Positions 1 through 10,283 of a DNA stretch of 64,000 bases are shown here, in pieces. A program made the position numbers and the translations under genes. Within the stretch, counting starts at the first letter, position 1. Every line of letters begins with the position of its first letter. The stretch lies in contig CAXMWX010000005.1 of NCBI GenBank assembly GCA_963422205.2, positions 544,001-608,000 on the forward strand, written 5' to 3'. This DNA is from Gammaproteobacteria bacterium (GTDB taxonomy: Bacteria; Pseudomonadota; Gammaproteobacteria; Eutrophobiales; Eutrophobiaceae). Below the pieces are notes generated by a model. That model was not told the origin of the DNA, ran no database searches, and saw nothing but the letters and a program-made list of their open reading frames with translations.

Positions 1-915
1 GCCTCGGTGCGGGAGAAGACCGCAGGGCAGATTAAGGCCGCCGATGGCCTTGAGAGCTTTTATTCGTTTACCGAACAGCTCGCCGCCAATGATTTGTTTA
101 CCGAGATCCGATCCGTGTGCGAGGCCATGAACATCGCGCTCGAAAGCCTGCACAATGAATTCTCAACCCTGATAGAGGCGGCCTTGTTACCCGCCGAGGG
201 CGTGTTGATAGCAGATAACGCGGCCCTGTTTAAGGCGGTTATCAAGGCGATTGCGAGAAGCTACGGGTTGATGGCCTCCTTCATGGCCCGGCGTGATCAT
301 CGCACACAGGGTTGTGGCGGCCATGTTAATCTGAACCTGCTGGATGCTGGCAGCCGCCGGGGGCTGTTGTATGATAAAGCAAACCCGGCCGGCCTGACGG
401 ACACCTTGTTACAATTTATTGGCGGGCTGCAAAAATACACACCGGAATTACTGCTGCTGCAATGCCCTAACCTGAACTCCTTTCGCCGCTTCCAGCCCGG
501 CCTGTTCGCCCCCCTGGCAAATAACTGGGGCATCAACAACAAGACCGTGGCCTATCGTTTTGTCAACACCAGCGAGACGGCCGCAAGGATTGAAGTGCGC
601 CTGCCGGGTGCCGATGTCAACCCGTACCTGAGCCTGGCCGGGCTGTTAATCGCCGGACGCCAGGGCATAGCAGAGCAACGGCAACCGGAGGCAGCGGTAC
701 AGGGCAATGGCTGGTCTGGTGATGCCCCGGGGCGTTACCCCTTCCCTGAGGATTTTTCTGCGGCAATAACGGCGTTTAAGACCTCCGCTCTCGCACGTGA
801 CTGCCTGGGCGATGCGTTTGTTGCCTGCTATGCCGCCAGCCGGGAATGGCAACTGCATGATCTGAAGAACACGATCACCGACTGGGAGATCAGCACCTTC
901 ATTGAAGGCACCTAG
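1..915 (+). CDS. Glutamine synthetase family protein (possible gamma-glutamyl-amine ligase), 5'-truncated by the window edge
   Basis: Frame open from base 1. GS catalytic-domain motifs: ASFMAR..GCGGHVN, PNLNSFRRF, WGINNKTVAYR, RIEVRLPGADVNPYL, ITDWE. Confidence 0.85.
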   Translation, partial: ASVREKTAGQIKAADGLESFYSFTEQLAANDLFTEIRSVCEAMNIALESLHNEFSTLIEAALLPAEGVLIADNAALFKAVIKAIARSYGLMASFMARRDHRTQGCGGHVNLNLLDAGSRRGLLYDKANPAGLTDTLLQFIGGLQKYTPELLLLQCPNLNSFRRFQPGLFAPLANNWGINNKTVAYRFVNTSETAARIEVRLPGADVNPYLSLAGLLIAGRQGIAEQRQPEAAVQGNGWSGDAPGRYPFPEDFSAAITAFKTSALARDCLGDAFVACYAASREWQLHDLKNTITDWEISTFIEGT

Positions 916-1136
916 CGATGAGGGCGTGACAACGTGCAGGCTGTGCGCCGCCTCCCTGAACATAAAACCATGCCGCCGTGTGCCGTCTTTCAAGGAGAAA
1001 TTTCGCAAGTGCAGCAAAAACGTGTATCCTTGATATCTATATAGGCCGCTCGCGTTTATCTTGCCGGATGTTTCTCTCACGCCTCCGTGCGGGCGGCTGT
1101 GAGGCATCCAATCAACCAGGTGAATGTAAAAAAAAA

Positions 1137-1892
1137 ATGATGAAAATCCTTGTGCCAATCAAGCGCGTGATCGACTACAACGTGCGTGTGCGCGTGAAAT
1201 CTGATCGCTCTGGCGTGGAGAGAGCCAATGTCAAGATGTCCATGAATCCATTCTGCGAGATTGCCGTGGAGGAGGCGATTCGCATGCAAGAGGCCGGACA
1301 GGCAGAGGAGATCATTGTCGTCACCATCGGCGGGCCAAAATGCCAGGATATTCTGCGTACCGCCCTGGCGATGGGCGCCGATCGCGCCATCCTGGTTGAG
1401 ACTGATGTGGCGGTACAGCCGCTTGCCATTGCCAAATTACTCAAGGCGGTGGCGATGCAGGAAGCACCTGAAATCATTCTGCTGGGCAAACAGGCGATTG
1501 ATGATGATAACAACCAGACCGGCCAGATGCTGGCGGCATTGCTTGGCTGGCCACAGGGCACGTTTGCCTCCCGGGTTGAGTTTGCCGATGGCAAAGTGCA
1601 TGTCATGCGCGAGATTGATGGCGGCCTTCAGACGCTGGCACTGCAACTGCCCGCTGTCATCACCACCGATCTGCGCCTGAATGAGCCGCGCTATGTGAAG
1701 CTGCCGAATATCATGAAGGCAAAAAAGAAACCGCTGGACACCTTGCGGGCGGCCGAGATGGATATAGACATTACCCCCACGATCGAGATGCTTGAGGTCA
1801 ATGAGCCGGCGGCACGATCAGCCGGTGTCAAAGTCGCCGATGTCAGCGAGTTGGTTGATAAACTGCGTAACGAAGCCAGAGTAATTGCATGA
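1137..1892 (+). CDS. etfB: Electron transfer flavoprotein beta subunit
   Basis: [44 protein letters not shown]. Real start is ATG 1137 or 1140, not 978. Overlaps the etfA start (ATGA). Confidence 0.97.
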   Translation: MMKILVPIKRVIDYNVRVRVKSDRSGVERANVKMSMNPFCEIAVEEAIRMQEAGQAEEIIVVTIGGPKCQDILRTALAMGADRAILVETDVAVQPLAIAKLLKAVAMQEAPEIILLGKQAIDDDNNQTGQMLAALLGWPQGTFASRVEFADGKVHVMREIDGGLQTLALQLPAVITTDLRLNEPRYVKLPNIMKAKKKPLDTLRAAEMDIDITPTIEMLEVNEPAARSAGVKVADVSELVDKLRNEARVIA

Positions 1893-2821
1893 GCCTGCTT
1901 ATCATCGCTGAACACGATAACAGCAGATTAAAACCCGCCTTTTTGAACACCATCACGGCGGCCAGGCAGCTTGCCGATGAGATCACCGTACTGGTGGCAG
2001 GACACAGGGCGGACAGCGTGGCAGAAGCAGCGGCCAGGATCAACGGCGTGAGTCGTATCCTGCTGGTGGATGCGGTGCAGTATGAACATCAGTTGGCCGA
2101 GGATATCGCCCCGCTGGTGCTCACACTGGCCTCCGGTATGACGCATATCCTCAGCAGCGCCAGCACCTTTGGGAAAAATCTCATGCCCCGCATCGCCGCC
2201 CTGCTGGATGTCGGCATGCTCTCTGATGTTGCCGAGATCAAGACCAGCGATACCTTCATCCGGCCAATCTATGCCGGCAATGTCATGGCAACCGTCAAGA
2301 GTCACGATGCCGTTAAAGTCATGACCATACGCAGCACCGCCTTTGATGCCGCCACCGAGGGCGGGGGCGGGAAGGCGGCTATTGAACAGGGCAAGGCCAT
2401 CGCTGGCAGCGGCCTGTCCGCTTTTCTCAGCGAGGAACTGACCGTCTCGGAACGACCTGAATTGACCACCGCTGATATCATCGTCTCCGGTGGGCGAGGT
2501 CTTGGCAGCAACGAGAGTTTTGCCCTCATAGAGGCGCTGGCCGATAAATTACAGGCAGCCGTGGGGGCATCTAGGGCGGCGGTGGATGCCGGTTATATGC
2601 CGAATGATTATCAAGTGGGGCAGACGGGCAAGATAGTCGCACCCCAGCTTTACATTGCCGTTGGCATATCCGGTGCGATACAACATCTGGCGGGCATGAA
2701 AGACAGCAAGGTGATCGTGGCCATCAATAAAGACCCGGAAGCCCCGATCTTTGAAGTGGCGGACTACGGCCTGGTGGCGGACTTGTTCAAGGCCGTGCCG
2801 GAGTTGACCGAAGCACTGTAA
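1889..2821 (+). CDS. etfA: Electron transfer flavoprotein alpha subunit
   Basis: [46 protein letters not shown]. Confidence 0.97.
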   Translation: MSLLIIAEHDNSRLKPAFLNTITAARQLADEITVLVAGHRADSVAEAAARINGVSRILLVDAVQYEHQLAEDIAPLVLTLASGMTHILSSASTFGKNLMPRIAALLDVGMLSDVAEIKTSDTFIRPIYAGNVMATVKSHDAVKVMTIRSTAFDAATEGGGGKAAIEQGKAIAGSGLSAFLSEELTVSERPELTTADIIVSGGRGLGSNESFALIEALADKLQAAVGASRAAVDAGYMPNDYQVGQTGKIVAPQLYIAVGISGAIQHLAGMKDSKVIVAINKDPEAPIFEVADYGLVADLFKAVPELTEAL

Positions 2822-2977
2822 GCCCGCCAGGGGATTATCACGTTCGCCGCAGGCCAACAACCCAGACCAACAACATATTCTGCCAAGGCCGTGCTGCTCC
2901 TTTATCGGCCCTCGTATACGATCACTTCCAAGTACGTAACATGCCTGCCCAGGACAGCTAACCCGGAGAGCTTTAAG

Positions 2978-3877
2978 GTGTGTTCAACCGCTAAACGCAA
3001 TCTGTACAAAGGGACGGTGATTACGCTGGCCGCCACCTTGCTTGTCTGTCTGCTGGATGTGTTGGCAAAGACCATGGTGGCGATCTATTCGCCATTTCAG
3101 ATCAGCTTCCTTCGCAGCCTCATCGGCTTCATGATTATTTGTGGCTATATTGCTGTCACCGGTAATGCCAGAGAATTAAGCACACGGCGGCCCGGCCTGC
3201 ATTGCATCAGGGCTGTCTTCACCCTGGCCCTGTATGTGATTTTCTTTTATGCGATCGCACATATCCCGCTGGTCGAAATAGAGGCTATCGCCCACTCGGC
3301 GCCTTTTTATGTTGCGCTGCTGGCACCGGTATTATTAAACGAGAAAGTCGCCGCATCGCAATGGCTGGCTATCCTTACCGGCTTCGGCGGCATCATGATC
3401 ATCCTGCGGCCTGATCCGGCGCGTTTTCATATCGCCTATGTCTATATGGTATTTGCGGCGATGGCCTATGCCGGGTTACTGATAACAGCGCGAAAAATGC
3501 GTGACAGCGAAACGCTGCTGGCGATGAATTTTTACATGTACCCGCTGGCGGTCATCGTGCTGGCCTATTTCGGTATTGCCAACTGGCAGAGACCGGAGCC
3601 GCTGCACTGGCTGGCCTTCATCACCATGGGCATATTCGGGGCACTGGCCATCTTTCTGTTTATCTATGCCATACAATTTATTGAAGCGACCCAGGCGGCG
3701 GTGCTGGATTACTTCACGCTGGCCTGGGCGTCAATTTTCGGCTATCTCTTCTGGCATGAATTTCCCGATGCGCTCACCCTGGCAGGGATCTTTCTGATCG
3801 TTGTCAGCGGTATTTATATCATCAGGCACAGCGCCAGGGCAACGGATGAATCCTTGATTGAAAGCCTGGATCACTGA
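2978..3877 (+). CDS. DMT/EamA family transporter
   Basis: About 10 hydrophobic segments with EamA-repeat patterns (LLNEKV..W..I..GFGG..IILRP; GYLFWHEFP). Probable GTG start at 2978; the ORF track starts at 2891. Confidence 0.9.
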   Translation: MCSTAKRNLYKGTVITLAATLLVCLLDVLAKTMVAIYSPFQISFLRSLIGFMIICGYIAVTGNARELSTRRPGLHCIRAVFTLALYVIFFYAIAHIPLVEIEAIAHSAPFYVALLAPVLLNEKVAASQWLAILTGFGGIMIILRPDPARFHIAYVYMVFAAMAYAGLLITARKMRDSETLLAMNFYMYPLAVIVLAYFGIANWQRPEPLHWLAFITMGIFGALAIFLFIYAIQFIEATQAAVLDYFTLAWASIFGYLFWHEFPDALTLAGIFLIVVSGIYIIRHSARATDESLIESLDH

Positions 3878-4821
3878 TGGCTTCGCATGAACACCGGCCG
3901 GGACATCGCCCGCTGGCAGGGATCAGCTTTATGCTGCTCGCCTCAATCCTGTTTTCCGTCTCTGATGCCCTGGGAAAATGGCTGACGGCCAGCTACCCGA
4001 TCGCACAAATTGCCTTCGTTCGGCTCGCCGTGGGGATGATCATTTTGCTGCTGCTGATGGTCTTTACCGCCCGCCTGTCCAGCCTGAAAACCCGAAGACC
4101 GCTGTGGCATATTGGCCGCAGCCTGTTAAGTGCAAGCGTCATGTTTACCATGTTCTACGGCTTGAAGCATATCCCCCTGGCGGAGTTTGTCTCCCTGTGC
4201 TTCAGCATTCCGTTTTTTCTTGCGATCATCTCACCCTGGCTACTGGGCGAGGAGACAAGCTGGCAGTCCTGGCTGGCGATCACCACTGGCTTTATCGGCA
4301 TCGTGATCATCCTAAGACCCAGCCCGGAGCATATACACTTAGCCCATCTGGTCACCTTGTTACTGGCATTGACTATCGCCCTGTTGGCCGTCTCAGCAAG
4401 ATATCTGGGCGATACCGAAAATTTCTATTCGATGAATTTTTATCTCTACCCCGCCGGCCTGCTTGTGTATGGCGTTGATTCGGCCCGGGTGTGGGTGGCC
4501 CCGCCGCCCTTGCATTGGCTGGCGCTGGTCTCACTTGGGATCTGCACAACGATTGCCCTCGCCTGTTACATTCAGGCCAACCGCTATGCCCGGCCTACGA
4601 CCATCGCACCGATAGATTATATACGTATAATATGGACGATCCTGCTGGGGTATTTTATCTGGCATGAAATACCCGATACATACACCTGGCTGGGCATGAC
4701 GATTATCATTATCAGCGGCATTTATGTGGTCAGCCACACCGGCACGACGCCGGAAGTTGACACCGCACAGGGCCTCGCCCCGGCCAAAAACCCCATCCCT
4801 GATCAAGCGCTTAACCGGTAG
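3877..4821 (+). CDS. DMT/EamA family transporter (tandem paralog)
   Basis: Same architecture as the preceding gene (LLGEE..W..GFIGIVIILRP; GYFIWHEIPD). Start overlaps the upstream stop. Confidence 0.9.
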   Translation: MASHEHRPGHRPLAGISFMLLASILFSVSDALGKWLTASYPIAQIAFVRLAVGMIILLLLMVFTARLSSLKTRRPLWHIGRSLLSASVMFTMFYGLKHIPLAEFVSLCFSIPFFLAIISPWLLGEETSWQSWLAITTGFIGIVIILRPSPEHIHLAHLVTLLLALTIALLAVSARYLGDTENFYSMNFYLYPAGLLVYGVDSARVWVAPPPLHWLALVSLGICTTIALACYIQANRYARPTTIAPIDYIRIIWTILLGYFIWHEIPDTYTWLGMTIIIISGIYVVSHTGTTPEVDTAQGLAPAKNPIPDQALNR

Positions 4822-7800
4822 CTGAAGCTCATAAAGAATCGATATAACAGGGGGACAACAAACAGGGTCAAGACGGTTGAGAATCCCAGGCCCCAGACGA
4901 TCGCCGTTGCCACCGGCCCCCAGATAAGCGACTTGCCCGCAATGCCAGCAGCCAGTGAAAACAAACCGGCAATGGTGGTCAGGGAAGTAATCAGAATAGG
5001 GATCACCCGGCGGCGACCGGCATAGATGGTGGCGTGCAGCAGGCTCATCCCCTGTCCTAAGCGATCATTGGCCGCCGAAATCAGGACAATGGCCGAATTG
5101 ACAGCGATCCCCGTCAAGGCCACCACACCATAGAGCGTATACAGGCTCACCGGGTTACCGGTCACCAGCAAACCAAGGATCACACCGGTAAAGGCCAGCG
5201 GCACAGTCGCAATGATCATAAACGGCTGAAAATAACTGCGGAACTGTGTCCCCAGAATGATGTAGATAATACCCAGCCCGAGCAAAAACAATATCCAGAT
5301 GGTGTCCAGGCTTTCCTGCAAATCATCCAGTTCGCCGGAAAAATCCAGGCTGATGCCGGGGTATTGTGCCTGCAAATCACGCCATTTTTGCGCTATCAGC
5401 TGATTCGCCTGAATGGTATCGATCTGCTGCTTGTCGATATCACTTTCCAGCGTAATGGTGCGGCGAAAATTATAGTGACGGATGTTCTGCTGCCCCAGAC
5501 CGGGCTCAGCAATAACCAACTCACTCAGGGTAACTGACTGGCCGTTGGGCAACGAGACAGTTTGCCGCATCAGATTATCAATATCGGCGTTACCATCCTT
5601 CCTGGCCAGCACCCTGACCTTCACCTCATCCCCCTCATCCTGAAAATCGGTCACGATCTCACCATCGACATACGCCTGCATCACCCGACCGATGACCGCC
5701 GGATTAATACCCGCACGTTGTATCGCCTCGCCATCCAGACGCAACACCAATTCGGGATTGCCCGGTCGATAATCCACCGTAATATTCCGATAGACCGGGT
5801 TGCTGGCTAAAAACTGTTTCAACGCATTGGTGGCCACCAGAATCGTCTCAAAATCATCGCCTTTGACCTTCACGCTGATGGCCTTGCGCGTGGGCGGCCC
5901 GTCTTTCACCTCCAGTATGGTCAGGCTGACCGGCCCGGGCATGGTCTTGACTTTTTGCCGAACCAATTCCGCCAGATCAAACACCGCTCGCCCGTCTTTG
6001 CCTTGTGGTTGCAGGCTGAACATCACCTGCCCTATGGTGTCGCCAAACAGCGGCTCGGTCTCGGTGAACTGTTGTCCGGCATAGGTCAACGAGGCCCGCA
6101 ACTCGCCCTTGCGGAACACCGTCAGCGCCTGTTGTTCAATACGCAGCAGCATGTCGCTGGTATCCTGCAAGGAGGAGCCGGCCGGCATCTCGACATTGAC
6201 ATAAAACAGCCGGATGGGATCGGAGGCAAAAAAATTAAATTTAATCTTGCCACTCACCAACGCCCCCGCCGCCAGGCCAAGGACAATGAGAATAACCAAT
6301 AACGTGATCAGCGGATAACGCAACGCCTTGAGCAAGGCCCGGATATAGCGCCGCCGCACCCAGTGCGCCGCCGCCTGGCGTCTCTTTTGCACAGTGCCGG
6401 GCCGGGAGAAATCGACCTTCAGTGCCAGCACATGGGCCGGCAGCATCCAGTAGGCCTCAAACAAACTGATAAACAGCGCAATGGTCACCACCAGCGGCAC
6501 CACCCGCATGAACTCGCCGAGGATGCCGGGCAACAAGACCAGCGGCAGAAACGCCGCAATGGTTGTCATGACCGAGGTGGTCACCGGGGCGAAGACTTCA
6601 CGCAGCGAGCTGAGCACAGCCGTCATGCCATCCCGGCCCCGCTGCAAACATTGATAGATGGATTCCACCACCACCACGGCATCATCCACAATCATCCCCA
6701 GCGAGATCACAACCCCCAGCAGGACGGTATTATTCAGGGTAAAACCACTGGCATTGATCACCAAAAACGTACCGGCCAGCGTGAACGGAATCCCGATACT
6801 GGTCAACAAGGCGATACGTGTCCCCAGAAACGCCCAGGTTACCAGCAAGACCATGAGCAGGCCGATGCTGGCATTTCTCTGCATCAGATTGAGCGCCTGG
6901 CGGGTGCTGATGGTCTGATCATCGGCCAGGATTAACTCAATGCCGGTGGCGTGGCTGAAGGCATTGCGCTCGGTGATGTACTGATTGATGCGATCAACCA
7001 GCTCGATCACATTCGCATCCGATTGCTTGGTGATGGTCAGTGTGGCGGCCGGTTTGCCGAGATAACGCACGATCTCGCCCGCCTCTTCCCGCTCACGGGA
7101 TAATTCAGCCACGGCTCCCAGGGGCACAACGCCGTTGGCCGTGACGATCGGAAAATCGCGCAACATGGCAGGATCCGCACTGGTGCCCTGCAAGCGCACG
7201 ATCCATTGCCCATCAACGGTGTGCAGATCGCCAGCAGAAACATCGCTGAAATAAACAGCAATGGTATCTGCGATATCCGCCGGTGTAATCCCCAGGCCCT
7301 CCAGGCGCTCCGGGATGAAGGCGACATGCAGTTCCGGATCAGACAGGCCGACATCATCCACCCGATCAACACCGCTGATCCGCTCCAGAGACCTTTTGAT
7401 ATTGCGAGTCTGGCGGCGCAGGTTCTCATCATCGCCTCGGCTGGTAACGACAATCATGGCAGTCGGGAAGGCGTTGGAGGTGCCGATGTCATAGACCACC
7501 GGGTCCTCGGCAGCTTCCGGCAACTCATCGGTGTAGGCGTTTTGCACCTCACGCCTGACATCAATCAGCCGCTTGTCAAACAGATCGGCATCGATCTGCT
7601 CAAAGCGCACCAGAATATTGGAAATGCCATCACGGCTGGTGCTGAGAACGAATTTCATGTCCTTGATAGAACGCCTCAAGGCTTCCTCCAGCGGGTCGGT
7701 AATGCGCCGTTCAATATCCACCGCCGCTGCCCCGGGGAAAACCGTCACAATATTCACCCAGTTAAAATTGATTTCAGGATCCTTGGCACGCGGCATGTTC

Positions 7801-7901
7801 AGATAGGTCAGCGCACCTAACACGATGACCAGGCCAAAGGTCAGATTAGCCAGCACATGATTATTAAGGAACGCTCTGAGGAATTGCATATTACTGGGCA
7901 T
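4803..7901 (-). CDS. RND efflux transporter permease subunit (AcrB/AcrD/AcrF family)
   Basis: About 1030 aa. GMIVDDAVVVVE, VNSAIVLI, RRVIPILITSLTTIAGL, STVLTLFVVP. Start at 7901 or 7889. Confidence 0.95.
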   Translation of the reverse strand: MPSNMQFLRAFLNNHVLANLTFGLVIVLGALTYLNMPRAKDPEINFNWVNIVTVFPGAAAVDIERRITDPLEEALRRSIKDMKFVLSTSRDGISNILVRFEQIDADLFDKRLIDVRREVQNAYTDELPEAAEDPVVYDIGTSNAFPTAMIVVTSRGDDENLRRQTRNIKRSLERISGVDRVDDVGLSDPELHVAFIPERLEGLGITPADIADTIAVYFSDVSAGDLHTVDGQWIVRLQGTSADPAMLRDFPIVTANGVVPLGAVAELSREREEAGEIVRYLGKPAATLTITKQSDANVIELVDRINQYITERNAFSHATGIELILADDQTISTRQALNLMQRNASIGLLMVLLVTWAFLGTRIALLTSIGIPFTLAGTFLVINASGFTLNNTVLLGVVISLGMIVDDAVVVVESIYQCLQRGRDGMTAVLSSLREVFAPVTTSVMTTIAAFLPLVLLPGILGEFMRVVPLVVTIALFISLFEAYWMLPAHVLALKVDFSRPGTVQKRRQAAAHWVRRRYIRALLKALRYPLITLLVILIVLGLAAGALVSGKIKFNFFASDPIRLFYVNVEMPAGSSLQDTSDMLLRIEQQALTVFRKGELRASLTYAGQQFTETEPLFGDTIGQVMFSLQPQGKDGRAVFDLAELVRQKVKTMPGPVSLTILEVKDGPPTRKAISVKVKGDDFETILVATNALKQFLASNPVYRNITVDYRPGNPELVLRLDGEAIQRAGINPAVIGRVMQAYVDGEIVTDFQDEGDEVKVRVLARKDGNADIDNLMRQTVSLPNGQSVTLSELVIAEPGLGQQNIRHYNFRRTITLESDIDKQQIDTIQANQLIAQKWRDLQAQYPGISLDFSGELDDLQESLDTIWILFLLGLGIIYIILGTQFRSYFQPFMIIATVPLAFTGVILGLLVTGNPVSLYTLYGVVALTGIAVNSAIVLISAANDRLGQGMSLLHATIYAGRRRVIPILITSLTTIAGLFSLAAGIAGKSLIWGPVATAIVWGLGFSTVLTLFVVPLLYRFFMSFSYRLSA

Positions 7902-7902
7902 A

Positions 7903-8928
7903 TCACGGCATGACACGGATGGCCTGTCCGTCTTGCAGGCTGTACTGGCCTTCGGTTATCACCCGGCTGTCAAGCGGCAGGTTCACCACCGTCGCCCTGC
8001 CTTGCTGGGCATGATCCAGCACATGAAACCGCGCCTTGCCGTTATCGTAGATAAACACCCCAAGATCATCACCCCGCCGGACCAGCAGCTTGCCCGGTAT
8101 GTGCGGCCGGTTATCCTGCCAGGTCAACTTGCCTGCCGCCCCCGGCAAGGCCGGAGTATCTTCAAACACCAGCCTGACCTCACGGTTACGGGTGGTGGTA
8201 TTGACCGCCGGCACCACAGTACGCAAGGCCAGCGGGTAACGCCTGGCCGAGTCCTCAAAGAACAAGGCAGCGACAGTCGTTAGCTGTTCGGTATCCGGTA
8301 TCGGCACCTGGGCGGCGATTTCCAGGGCGTCAATGTCGATCAACCGTACGACCGGCGTACCCCGGCCAGCGAACTCGCCCTCGGCACTTACCCGTTCGGT
8401 AATCACGGCATGGAACGGACTGGTCACATCGCAACGGGCGATGTCTGCCTTCGCCATCTCCAATGCCGCCCGGGCGGCACGCTGCTCGGCAGCTAACACC
8501 GCCAGATCGGATTGCCGTTCATCCAGCAGCTCCTCAGCGACAGTCTGTGTCATGGTCAGTTGTTCTGTACGCTGTAACCGGCGCTCTGCCAGGGCAATCC
8601 GGGCAGCTAGCGAGGCGAGGCGGGCCCTGGCCTCATCCCGTATCAACAGGTAATCAGTGCAATCCAGCCGGGCGAGCAAGGCGTCTCTCTTCACCACCTC
8701 ACCCACACGTACAAAAATGGCCTGGATACGGGCGGCGATTTCCGTAGAGATGGCGGCCTCATTCAGGCTATGGACGGTCGCCGGGGCGTTTTTCTGCGGG
8801 TAGATGGCAATTTCGTCAACACGCGCCGTGCTGACGCGGACGGCCTCCTGGGCAAAGAGAAAGGACGAGGCAAGAGATAACGAAACAACGGCCGCAAACA
8901 CGGCATTCGGTCGTTGCTGGGGGGGCAT
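7903..8928 (-). CDS. RND periplasmic adaptor (membrane fusion protein)
   Basis: Signal-like N-terminus, lipoyl-like halves (VRVGEVVKRDALLARLD; VTSPFHAVI) flanking a coiled hairpin. Directly upstream of the RND permease. Confidence 0.92.
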   Translation of the reverse strand: MPPQQRPNAVFAAVVSLSLASSFLFAQEAVRVSTARVDEIAIYPQKNAPATVHSLNEAAISTEIAARIQAIFVRVGEVVKRDALLARLDCTDYLLIRDEARARLASLAARIALAERRLQRTEQLTMTQTVAEELLDERQSDLAVLAAEQRAARAALEMAKADIARCDVTSPFHAVITERVSAEGEFAGRGTPVVRLIDIDALEIAAQVPIPDTEQLTTVAALFFEDSARRYPLALRTVVPAVNTTTRNREVRLVFEDTPALPGAAGKLTWQDNRPHIPGKLLVRRGDDLGVFIYDNGKARFHVLDHAQQGRATVVNLPLDSRVITEGQYSLQDGQAIRVMP

Positions 8929-9053
8929 AAAACAGATTCCTTATAAGGCCGGGGGGTTGCTAATGTTGCTAATATCAGCGTCCATTCTCGCACAAGCATA
9001 GATGAAAGGCTTGTGAAATTTACCGGCAGGCTCAGCATCCCCCCGCCGGCCAG

Positions 9054-10283
9054 TCATGGCATGAGCGCCTTCATGGGGATTGACTCATCGGCCAGTTTAT
9101 CGGCCGCCATGCTGGCACCCTGCATGATCAGTGTCTTGGAAAACATGAACTCCGGCGGCTTGTTCACGGCATCAACGGCAATGATCCTGCCCTGGCGCAA
9201 ATAAAATGCGGCAAAGCGGCGGCTGTTGGTTATATCGCCGCGGATAACCACCTGATCGTAGCCTTGCGATAAACCGGCAATCTGCAATTTCAGATCGTAT
9301 TGATCCGACCAGAACCAGGGCAGGGCATGGTAATCCTCGGGCTTGCCACAGATAGCCAGGGCCGCAATATGCGCCTGCTCAGCGGCATTTTGCACCGATT
9401 CCAAACGCAACCAGCGATCATACACCGGATTGTAGTGACAGGTGCAATCGCCCGCCGCATAGATAGACGGATCGGATGTCTGTGCCTGGCTGTTCACCTT
9501 GATGCCGTTCTCCACCGCCAGACCGGCCGCCTCGGCCAGTTCGGTATTCGGCACGATGCCCACGCCGATGACAACCAAATCCGCCGCCAGAGTCGTGCCG
9601 TCATCACAGATCACCTGCGCCACTTTATCAGTACCCGGAGAAGCGTGAAAAGCGCTGACCGCGGTATTACAACGGATGTCCACCCCCTCTTCACGATGAA
9701 TGCGGGTGTAAAACGCCGACACCTCCGGGGCGGTCACGCGTTGCAGCACCCGCGCCTGCATCTCCAGCACCCTCACCTGCATACCCAGCCGGTTAAGCAC
9801 TGCGGCGCTCTCAAGACCAATATAACCCCCGCCCACGATCACGGCATGACCGCCCGGCTGGATGTGTTGCCGTATCTGCTCGGCATCGGCCAGATCCCGC
9901 AGATAGCAAACGCCAGCCAGGGTCGCACCGGGCAGATCGACCGTCCTGACCCTGGCACCGACAGTCAGCACCAGCCGGGTATAGGCCAGTTGCTCGCCAT
10001 CCATGCACGTGATCGTTTTGGCCGCCGGGTGAATTGCCGTGATGCGTTTATTCAGCACAAAGTCGATCTCCGCCTGTTCATAAACCGAAGCAGGCCGCAG
10101 ATAGATATCAGCCAACGATTTTTCACCGGCAAGAAAATCCTTGGATAACGGCGGGCGCTGATAGGGAATCACCGGCTCCTCAGTGACAACAGTAATCGCC
10201 CCAGCCCAGCCCTGCTGCCTTAGCATCGGCGCCAGCATGGCGGCCGCATGTCCGGAGCCGATAATGAGACAGTTATCTGTCAT
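9054..10283 (-). CDS. FAD-dependent ferredoxin reductase (putidaredoxin reductase-like)
   Basis: IIGSGHAA, YQRPPLSK, IVGGGYIGLE, TSDPSIYAAGD, RLESVQNA, PWFWSDQYD. Likely start at MTDNC (10283). Confidence 0.93.
   Translation of the reverse strand: MTDNCLIIGSGHAAAMLAPMLRQQGWAGAITVVTEEPVIPYQRPPLSKDFLAGEKSLADIYLRPASVYEQAEIDFVLNKRITAIHPAAKTITCMDGEQLAYTRLVLTVGARVRTVDLPGATLAGVCYLRDLADAEQIRQHIQPGGHAVIVGGGYIGLESAAVLNRLGMQVRVLEMQARVLQRVTAPEVSAFYTRIHREEGVDIRCNTAVSAFHASPGTDKVAQVICDDGTTLAADLVVIGVGIVPNTELAEAAGLAVENGIKVNSQAQTSDPSIYAAGDCTCHYNPVYDRWLRLESVQNAAEQAHIAALAICGKPEDYHALPWFWSDQYDLKLQIAGLSQGYDQVVIRGDITNSRRFAAFYLRQGRIIAVDAVNKPPEFMFSKTLIMQGASMAADKLADESIPMKALMP

Noticed and set aside
978-1136. N-terminal extensions in the ORF track (etfB 978, guaD 23137, PLP enzyme 61171, kinase 40524, PnuC 39962)
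   Set aside because: Family similarity and SD positions point to downstream starts. The extensions are non-homologous or overlap neighbouring genes.
9300-10148. Long antisense or alternative-frame ORFs (e.g. 9300-10148, 7206-7820, 32955-33608, 48249-48899)
   Set aside because: They lie wholly over well-supported genes, have no motifs, and are expected shadows in GC-rich coding DNA.
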